Source of the DNA: a virus
Virus record (IMG/VR): IMGVR_UViG_3300007538_000020
Coordinates: 1-64,000 of that record
DNA length: 64,000 nucleotides
Direction: 5' to 3' (one strand)
Positions within the stretch are counted from its first letter, which is position 1; every line of letters begins with the position of its first letter. The translations under genes and the position numbers were made by a program. The notes beneath the pieces were generated by a model that was not told where the DNA came from, made no database searches, and was given only the letters and a program-made list of their open reading frames with translations. Shown in pieces: positions 8,037 to 15,297 of this stretch.

Positions 8037-8318
8037 AAAATCCTGTGAGCAGTAATGTTCGTACGGGTTCGACTCCCGTCTCTGGTACAAGAATCAGCCA
8101 AAAAAAGAGCAACAAAATACATTATAAGAACCATTAAAAGCGTGTTACAATGAATATAGAATTTAGTAACAAAAATAGCAATTATTTGTTACTATTTGAT
8201 GCTATCTTTTGGACTATTGAACCGATAATAGTAGACACTTTAGACCATTGGAAAGTATTATTTAGCAATAGCGACAGGGGTAAAATAGAAAAGATTTAAG
8301 AACCATAAAACTAAAAAA

Positions 8319-8765
8319 ATGATAGCAATAGCACACATAACCGTATTTTCAGTACTGTACGCAGTAGCATTTGCGTTTAGGAATTATTGGCAAAAGGTAG
8401 AGAGGGATAGTAGGGTTAACTTAGGTGGCAACCACTATCAAAACAAAGGCATAGAGGCTAACAAGCTATGGCACTCATGGCAATTTGTAATACAACTCGA
8501 AGTAGGTATAGCCATAGGACTGGTACTAATAGCACTAGACTATAACTGGTTGCAAGCCTTACTAGGTGGCTTGCATTACGGATTAATTTTTTGGGTAGTA
8601 TTTGACACTATTACAGGATGGAAGCTAACAGGCGACCCGTTATATTTAGGCACTACTTCTAAACTAGATGTACTCACCAAAAAGTACTTAGGCCGTGTTG
8701 GTACATTTATAGCGAAGTTACTGTTAGTTGCGGTGGTAACTATTATTTGGTTTTTAACGTTTTAG
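8319..8765 (+). CDS. Hypothetical multi-pass membrane protein
   Basis: About four hydrophobic segments; GC-richer codon usage. Confidence 0.7.
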   Translation: MIAIAHITVFSVLYAVAFAFRNYWQKVERDSRVNLGGNHYQNKGIEANKLWHSWQFVIQLEVGIAIGLVLIALDYNWLQALLGGLHYGLIFWVVFDTITGWKLTGDPLYLGTTSKLDVLTKKYLGRVGTFIAKLLLVAVVTIIWFLTF

Positions 8766-8804
8766 TGGTATGAGCCAACCCATAAACATAACACTACTTA
8801 TAAT

Positions 8805-8876
8805 TTCTTCATAACTCAATAGCTAGAGTACTACACTTTTAATGTAGGAATCCAAGTTCGAGTCTTGCTGGGAGAA
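8805..8876 (+). tRNA. tRNA-Lys(TTT), weak acceptor and T stems (possibly degenerate)
   Basis: ACTC/GAGT D-stem; CTACA-CTTTTAA-TGTAG; TTCGAGT T-loop; mismatches in acceptor stem. Confidence 0.7.
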
Positions 8877-8904
8877 CAATTTTATAAAAATATTAAACAT
8901 AACA

Positions 8905-9090
8905 ATGAAAGAATTTATTAAAATACAGGGTGTTATAGTAAAATTAAATCAAATAAATTATATAGTAAAAGATGAAAATAAAAGATTTCATATAAATTTT
9001 CTAAATGGAACTAATACAACTATTACATTTGACAATCAAAATGAATGTTTACTAACATTTAATTTAATTTCCAAATATTTAATAGAATAA
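8905..9090 (+). CDS. Hypothetical protein
   Basis: ORF track. Confidence 0.6.
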   Translation: MKEFIKIQGVIVKLNQINYIVKDENKRFHINFLNGTNTTITFDNQNECLLTFNLISKYLIE

Positions 9091-9297
9091 TAAATACAAT
9101 AATAATAAATTTACATTACAATGATAATTAAAAAAAACAACAACGAATATGAAATACAGATAGCCGACAAAACCTTCAACATAGCAACTAATAGTGATCA
9201 GGTTATATTTACAAAAGAAATGGTAAATATAATAAGATTACCTAAAAAGTTTATAAAAGAAATTATTTTAGTATTAAACCATTTAATTTAATCAATT

Positions 9298-9606
9298 ATG
9301 ATATCTTTAAATATTAACCAAAAAAGTATTGAAATTAGCTTTTTTCATACCAATAATAATAATGAAAAAAGTACGAAATGTAATGTTAGAGTAAACAATC
9401 ATGATTATTTTGAAATAGCAAAAGTTCATTATAAAGATACTTTTTGTAGGGCTGCTGGAAGAAGGTATTCTTTGGCTAAAACTCTCAGAACAACAAATCT
9501 TAACAAAGAAGAAAGAAAATTTGTTTGGTTCGAATATTTTAAACAAACAAATAAACCATTGCTTGCTGAATCCGTTATGGCTAAATTTGAATTACAATGG
9601 GACTAG
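9298..9606 (+). CDS. Hypothetical phage protein
   Basis: ORF track; HYKDTFCRAAGRRYSL motif typical of small phage proteins. Confidence 0.65.
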   Translation: MISLNINQKSIEISFFHTNNNNEKSTKCNVRVNNHDYFEIAKVHYKDTFCRAAGRRYSLAKTLRTTNLNKEERKFVWFEYFKQTNKPLLAESVMAKFELQWD

Positions 9607-9641
9607 TAATGCAAGATGATATAACTGGCTAGTTACTGCTC

Positions 9642-9719
9642 AAAGGATTAGTTTAACATGAAAAAAACAGTTAAAGTAAAGAAACTTTAAAAGACATGGG
9701 TTAAAGTCCCATATCCTTA
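9642..9719 (+). pseudogene. Degenerate tRNA-like element
   Basis: AAGGAT/ATCCTT acceptor, GTTT/AAAC D-stem, TTAAAG/CTTTAA arm with non-canonical loop, ATGGG-TTAAAGT-CCCAT T-arm. Confidence 0.55.
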
Positions 9720-9724
9720 TTTTT

Positions 9725-9798
9725 GTTCCCGTAGCTCAGCTGGATAGAGCATCTGCCTTCTAAGCAGAGGGTCACAGGTTCGAATCCTGTCGGGAATA
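9725..9798 (+). tRNA. tRNA-Arg(TCT)
   Basis: Canonical cloverleaf; TCTGC-CTTCTAA-GCAGA. Confidence 0.95.
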
Positions 9799-9966
9799 CT
9801 ATTTATTAATTAATAATAAAATCATGAAAGTATGATTTATTAAAAGAAACATTACCTTATAATCCTCAAAATATTATTGAGGCTAAACAGGAAATGATTT
9901 CATATTAAAATGGATTAGAAGAATTAGAAACTTTGTTGAAAGAAGATTTCTAATCTTTATTTCATA

Positions 9967-10040
9967 GCTCTCTTAGCTCAGTTGGTTAGAGCAGTGGACT
10001 CATAATCCATTGGTCGTTGGTTCAAGTCCAGCAGGGAGCA
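9967..10040 (+). tRNA. tRNA with CAT anticodon, probably Ile2 (lysidine-modified, reads AUA)
   Basis: Canonical cloverleaf; GACTCATAATC anticodon arm typical of bacterial tRNA-Ile2. Confidence 0.88.
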
Positions 10041-10157
10041 CATCGATTAAAATATAATCTATTTACTTATGTTTCCAGACATATATAACACCAACACAGA
10101 GAGAACATTATACTTGTTATTATAAAATTGTTTATTATAATAAATGATTTAATAATA

Positions 10158-10331
10158 AGGACTATAATTTCAGATTCTTGAGGTAGTTATATAAGGACAG
10201 TAAATAGTGTGGCAGCAGTTGGTTATTATCAATTGCCTTAACTATTAGTTAAGTAATTATACTATGTAGACATTTTCTATGTATTATAATATTGTGCGGG
10301 GATAGGTACTGGATATACCTATTCCAATATT
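10158..10331 (+). ncRNA. Putative structured RNA (tandem hairpins)
   Basis: GCAGTTGGT/ATCAATTGC, CTTAACT/AGTTAAG, TATGTAGA/TCTATGTA, GGGATAGGTA/TACCTATTCC hairpins; no ORF. Confidence 0.4.
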
Positions 10332-10432
10332 TAATCAAATTTATTTTATGGATCCTTAGATGAACAGTATTAATCAAAAAAACAATTAAAAACAATTAGT
10401 AACTTTTTATTGAATTAAATTAATTAAGAAAA

Positions 10433-11011
10433 ATGAATCTAAATTTTAAGAAAGTAATTCTTGCAGCAAAAATTACATTAATAGAAGACAAAGATAGTTC
10501 TATAGTTTTCAATAAAGAAAACAATACACTGTCTATTAAGAATAAAGAAGAAGAATTATTAGAATCAGAACAGAGAGTGACACCTTATCTTTGCTCTTTA
10601 GATAAGTATTCTACAATGGTTAATAGAATTAAAAAAATATTACCAGAGTTTAATACTAATATCTTAAAAGAAGTAAAAGATAAGATTCTACTTGAACAAT
10701 TATCTAGTAAATTAACAAATGATTTATTGGATAATAGAATTCAATTAGATACTTTATTCTCTATTATGATTAGCTCAAGAGGAGTATTTACAAGAATTAT
10801 GAATTATTATGACGTTAATATGTCTAAAAATTTAATAAAAGATATTGTTCTTCCATATCTTAAAGAAAACTTTATTCCTGATTTAAGTGATGAAGAAATA
10901 AAATCTTTTGATGAACATCTTAAAAACGCATTAATAAATAATAATTTGAGAATTAAGAAAGTTGTAACTAATTTTAATAAAAAAGTTACTGAAAAAGAAG
11001 AAACAAAATAA
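10433..11011 (+). CDS. Hypothetical protein
   Basis: ORF track. Confidence 0.75.
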   Translation: MNLNFKKVILAAKITLIEDKDSSIVFNKENNTLSIKNKEEELLESEQRVTPYLCSLDKYSTMVNRIKKILPEFNTNILKEVKDKILLEQLSSKLTNDLLDNRIQLDTLFSIMISSRGVFTRIMNYYDVNMSKNLIKDIVLPYLKENFIPDLSDEEIKSFDEHLKNALINNNLRIKKVVTNFNKKVTEKEETK

Positions 11012-11072
11012 TTATATTAAACAATTTTTTATTACTTTAACAATTTTAACAAATCTTTAAAACAAACAAATC

Positions 11073-11507
11073 ATGAAATTATTAAAAGTTCATTCAGTAT
11101 CAGAAGTAAAAGTATCATCAGATAGCCGTAATTACATTACTGTTCAGTTTACCCAACCTGGTGAAATGGTAGAAGTAGAAGGTAAAAAAGTTCTTGTAGA
11201 ATCTAACAGAAATCCTATTGGTAGGAATTTGTGGGAACAAGGACCTGAACAACCTGATGGTTCATTTTCTAAAGGTGATGCTTTGTACCAAAAAGTACTT
11301 AGTAAAGAAACCAAATTTGTTGCTGGTACAGTAGAAACTGTAGAAACTGAACCTTACCAAATTGGTGACAGGGAAGTTACTACTTTTAGTGCTGTTGTAT
11401 TCAGTAATGAAACAATGAGTCAAATTCTGAAACGTCAGGGTTTAACCCGTAAAGGTGAAGCTCCTGTTATCGTAGAAGAATTGGAACAGGCTAATGCAGC
11501 TGATTAA
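11073..11507 (+). CDS. crAss-like conserved protein, putative ssDNA-binding/OB-fold
   Basis: Beta-rich; biased codons (GGT, CGT, GAA) suggest high expression; acidic tail; followed by terminator. Confidence 0.5.
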   Translation: MKLLKVHSVSEVKVSSDSRNYITVQFTQPGEMVEVEGKKVLVESNRNPIGRNLWEQGPEQPDGSFSKGDALYQKVLSKETKFVAGTVETVETEPYQIGDREVTTFSAVVFSNETMSQILKRQGLTRKGEAPVIVEELEQANAAD

Positions 11508-11539
11508 TAATTTATAGTTATTATAAATTAACATAAATA

Positions 11540-11583
11540 GGAGTACTGGTGTAGATTAATTTCTACATCAGTACTTTATTTTT
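11540..11583 (+). terminator. Rho-independent terminator
   Basis: AGTACTGGTGTAGA/TCTACATCAGTACT stem followed by U-rich tract. Confidence 0.75.
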
Positions 11584-11595
11584 AAAAAGTATAAA

Positions 11596-12066
11596 ATGAA
11601 AAACACTAGACAATCAGTCTTTGAAACTAATAGTAGTAGTACACATAGTATATGTGTTGCTAAAGGGCAATTAATTGATATACCTATAAAAATAGAATTT
11701 AATTTTGGTGAATTTGGATGGGAAGAGGATACTTTGTCAAGTTTAAATGAAAAAGCTAGTTATTTATATACAGGTATTGTAAATTACTTTCCAGAGTATT
11801 TATCTAAATTAACTGAAATTTTAAAGTCAAACGGAGTAAAAGAAATTATTTACAGTGAAAAAAAAGAAGGATATTGGGATAATGGATATATTGATCACGG
11901 CTCTGAATTAAGTAATTTCTTAAATACTATTATGAATTCTGAAGATAAATTATTATCTTTTCTTTTTTCTCCTTTATCATTTATTCGTACTGGTAACGAC
12001 AATGATGATAGTGATATTAGTATAATTGTAAGTTATGAATATGATGAGTACTACAAAGGTAACTAG
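11596..12066 (+). CDS. Conserved phage protein with N-terminal RxxVFETNSSSTHS motif (radical SAM partner)
   Basis: Motif plus GEFGWE, YIDH and GNDN; overlaps the radical SAM gene. Confidence 0.75.
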   Translation: MKNTRQSVFETNSSSTHSICVAKGQLIDIPIKIEFNFGEFGWEEDTLSSLNEKASYLYTGIVNYFPEYLSKLTEILKSNGVKEIIYSEKKEGYWDNGYIDHGSELSNFLNTIMNSEDKLLSFLFSPLSFIRTGNDNDDSDISIIVSYEYDEYYKGN

Positions 12067-12919
12067 TTATATAAACGGTAATACCAAAGTATCTATATTT
12101 AGTGATGGTACAAAAATTCGTGAATTTGAAGGAGAACCTAAAGTTATTCATCCTGAAAGTATTGATGTAAAAATTACAAACTATTGTGATTTAGGTTGTA
12201 AGTATTGCCATGAAAGTTCAACAACAGAAGGGAAACATGCTGATTTAGATAAACTGTTAGAAGTATTATCTGTACTTCCGGCTGGAGTAGAATTAGCTAT
12301 TGGAGGTGGTAACCCATTGTCACACCCAAAGTTACAACCTTTTTTAGCTGAGTTGAAAACTAGCGGATTTCTGGTAAACATCACTGTTAATCAAGGGCAT
12401 CTAAAAACATACATGCCTTTATTAATAAAGTTATTAGAACAAGAACTTATTTACGGTATTGGTATTTCTATAACTTCTAATAATTTTAAATACGTAAAGG
12501 AGTTAAATAAATATTCAGATAATATAGTATATCATTTAATTGCAGGAATAAATAATATTAATGTCATAAATGACTTAATAAAATTAGGTAACCCTAAAAT
12601 ACTACTTCTTGGTTATAAATTATTTGGTTTTGGTACAAAATATTATACACAAAACGTAAAAGCTAATATAGATGTATGGAAAAAAATAATAAGAAATTTA
12701 TTAAGAAATGTAACTATATCATTTGACAATTTAGCTTTAGAGCAACTAGATGTAAAGAAACATTTTACTAAAGAAGGTTGGGAAGAATTCTATATGGGTG
12801 ATGATTTTAAATTTACTATGTATATAGATGCAGTTAATCAGAACTATGCACAAACTAGTAGAAGTTTAGAACGAACAAGTTTTTCTAAAATTTCTTTACT
12901 TAAATATTTTAATTTATGA
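12035..12919 (+). CDS. Radical SAM protein
   Basis: CDLGCKYC (CxxxCxxC) and GGGNP motifs. Confidence 0.92.
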   Translation: MNMMSTTKVTSYINGNTKVSIFSDGTKIREFEGEPKVIHPESIDVKITNYCDLGCKYCHESSTTEGKHADLDKLLEVLSVLPAGVELAIGGGNPLSHPKLQPFLAELKTSGFLVNITVNQGHLKTYMPLLIKLLEQELIYGIGISITSNNFKYVKELNKYSDNIVYHLIAGINNINVINDLIKLGNPKILLLGYKLFGFGTKYYTQNVKANIDVWKKIIRNLLRNVTISFDNLALEQLDVKKHFTKEGWEEFYMGDDFKFTMYIDAVNQNYAQTSRSLERTSFSKISLLKYFNL

Positions 12920-13246
12920 AAAAACAATTTAAACCAGAAATGATAATCATTTTAGATTAGTACATAAATGGGGAGATGATTTAACTTTCTTTAATAGATT
13001 TAGTGTAGAAAGTCTCAATTTCTTATTTTATTTTGTTTTATTTATTTTAATAAATGCTGTTATAGGTGCTATTAATTATTATTATTTTAATATGAATTAT
13101 AAAGTATTAATTCCTTTATTATTACTTACTTCTACTTTTACAGTTTGTTTATTTTTACTTTTTTCTATTAAAATAGACTTTAAAAACTTTGAAGAAAGAA
13201 CAACTGAAAGAAATTATAATTCTATTACAACAAGATTAAATAGATA
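12916..13246 (+). pseudogene. Frameshifted membrane-protein gene (or sequencing error)
   Basis: ATG frame at 12916 stops early; the adjacent frame is open for about 100 codons (RNDNHFRLVHKWGDD...LFYFVLFILINAVIG...RLNR*) but lacks its own early start. Confidence 0.45.
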
Positions 13247-13249
13247 AAA

Positions 13250-13639
13250 ATGTATATAATAATATTACTAATAATAGGTATCATTATTTATTTTTACAAG
13301 GAAATAGTTTTATTCTTTATAAAACAAAATGATAAAGTTAATTTAATAAATAATGATGATGTATTAGAATTAATACATCAAATAGTAATTGATGAAAAAA
13401 CAGAAATACTAGAAATAAGATATAAGATTAATAATGGCATTAATATAAAACAATTTACATTATACAACGAAAATCATCCTACAATTAAAGATTTAATAGT
13501 TATAGAAAAACATAAATTTGTTAATTCTAATATAACTAATGAATATTTAGTTGTAAGTTATAACGATGTTTATGTAAGTAGTTCTTATGTTAATAAGAAA
13601 GCCTTAAAAATAATAAATTACTTAGAAAACTATAAATAA
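13250..13639 (+). CDS. Hypothetical membrane-anchored protein
   Basis: N-terminal TM segment. Confidence 0.65.
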   Translation: MYIIILLIIGIIIYFYKEIVLFFIKQNDKVNLINNDDVLELIHQIVIDEKTEILEIRYKINNGINIKQFTLYNENHPTIKDLIVIEKHKFVNSNITNEYLVVSYNDVYVSSSYVNKKALKIINYLENYK

Positions 13640-14304
13640 TGTTAAATTATTATTTGAAAGTAGAAATATCATCTGAAGACTTTCTTTATATAAACTGTAA
13701 AACAAGTATATGTAAAAAAGTCAAAGGTGAAGAAATTGTTTTAGATTCTTATATATACTCTGTAAATAAAAAGAAGTTAGACTTAATAAGAGATATTAAA
13801 GAAACTAGAATAAATGATATTAAAAATGAAGAAGAAAAAATAAAAATTGTAACTGAATACTTAAATACTCTATTAATTAAGAAACATAACCTATTATTGG
13901 TTTGTGAAGAAAATAAAAATCAGTTTCCTATTTATACTGATTTAGATGTTGATCAGTTAATCAATACTTATTTACCATCTTTAACTGGCTTTGAAAAAGC
14001 TAATGTGAAATTAATAATTAATAAATTATTTCTTTCTACAATTTCTAAATATTTGGATTTAAATAAGTTAGTTATTTCTGTTAGAAAACATATTCACACT
14101 CAAATCAAAGATTTAGGTGAAAAAATAAGATTAAATAAGAGTAATAAAATGGATTATTTAAGTAAAGCTAAACTCTCAGAAAAAGAAGCTAAAACAGTGA
14201 ATTTATATATACTTAACTTTGAGAATAATTATAAAATGAGAGGATTAGTTAAAGCAAATGGTATTATAAAAAAATACCTAAACAATAATTTTAGTGAATC
14301 TTGA
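13639..14304 (+). CDS. Hypothetical protein
   Basis: ORF track; coupled start/stop. Confidence 0.7.
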   Translation: MLNYYLKVEISSEDFLYINCKTSICKKVKGEEIVLDSYIYSVNKKKLDLIRDIKETRINDIKNEEEKIKIVTEYLNTLLIKKHNLLLVCEENKNQFPIYTDLDVDQLINTYLPSLTGFEKANVKLIINKLFLSTISKYLDLNKLVISVRKHIHTQIKDLGEKIRLNKSNKMDYLSKAKLSEKEAKTVNLYILNFENNYKMRGLVKANGIIKKYLNNNFSES

Positions 14305-14310
14305 TGAATT

Positions 14311-14661
14311 TTGGTTTTGTATAACCAAAAAAAATCAAAAATGTTAAACAAAGAGATTTTAGAAAAATTAAAAAAAGTAAAAGTAAAAGTTCTTAGAAAT
14401 AAGTTTACAGGACAAGCTTTAGGCGTATCTTATACTGAAGAAGGTTTAATGCTTATTTCTAATAAAAAAGGTAGATTATTAGCATATAAAAATGCCTATC
14501 TTAAAAGAGAAAATGATAAAGTAATAATAGTCGGAAACACTTCTAGAAATCCAAATGTGATTATAGAAGATTTTAAACCAAGAAGATTTAATAATCCAGA
14601 GTTTAATAAACACGAAATACTTTGGATTGATAAAGCTTTAAAATTACATTATAACTTATGA
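14311..14661 (+). CDS. Hypothetical protein (likely start ATG 14341)
   Basis: ORF track. Confidence 0.65.
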   Translation: MVLYNQKKSKMLNKEILEKLKKVKVKVLRNKFTGQALGVSYTEEGLMLISNKKGRLLAYKNAYLKRENDKVIIVGNTSRNPNVIIEDFKPRRFNNPEFNKHEILWIDKALKLHYNL

Positions 14662-15266
14662 AACAAGTAAAATGTGTTAATCCAAAAAACTATAGATTAA
14701 CAGTTGATAATGAGTATTCTGTTGAAGATACAAATGATGATTTTTATTTAGTAATTAATGATAACGGAAAACAAGTTAGATACTCTAAAGATTTATTTGA
14801 AGATGTTATTCTAGAAGATACAATAGAACAAATATTAGAAAGAGTTAGTTTAAATCCCAATAGAGTTATTAACAGTTTTTCTATTGATGGTAATAATATC
14901 ACATTTAATAATACAACTCTTTTAGGTTGTTTTGATAACACTCATTTGAGTTGTGGTATTGGTTTTATAACTAATATAAATGAGGCTTATAATAGAATAC
15001 ATACTGCTTTAATAGATTATGTTAATGAAAATAGAAGTGATTTAGTACAACAAGTATTTAAAAAATTATTTAAATTAAATGTAGAAAGAATTAATCAACC
15101 TAAATTGTTTTATCTATCTTCAACTAATACTAATTACATTCATTTTGAAGCAATAGATTCAGTATTAAGTCAATTTACTGTATCAGGTATTACAGGTCAT
15201 AATCCTAATAGCGGAAATGAAATTAAACTTTGGGTTATGACAAAAGAAAGTATTTTAAATAATTAA
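14658..15266 (+). CDS. Hypothetical protein with N-terminal SH3-like domain
   Basis: VKCVNPKNYRLTVDNEY...INDNG pattern; C-terminal SCGI...NPNSGN motif. Confidence 0.65.
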   Translation: MKQVKCVNPKNYRLTVDNEYSVEDTNDDFYLVINDNGKQVRYSKDLFEDVILEDTIEQILERVSLNPNRVINSFSIDGNNITFNNTTLLGCFDNTHLSCGIGFITNINEAYNRIHTALIDYVNENRSDLVQQVFKKLFKLNVERINQPKLFYLSSTNTNYIHFEAIDSVLSQFTVSGITGHNPNSGNEIKLWVMTKESILNN

Positions 15267-15297
15267 ACAAAATTGAAAATAAACAAAATAATAATAA

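Larger units (their letters stand above)
7282..8087 (+). tRNA. trnL: tRNA-Leu(TAA), exons 7282-7316 and 8037-8087, split by a group I intron between U34 and A35
   Basis: GCCAGAG/CTCTGGT acceptor; spliced anticodon arm CAGGA-CTT^AAAA-TCCTG; long variable arm; ACGGG-TTCGACT-CCCGT T-arm. Confidence 0.92.

Noticed and set aside
12916-12945. Programmed -1 frameshift at TTTAAAC
   Set aside because: The heptamer is in the wrong phase relative to the ATG, and the -1 frame has TAA at that site
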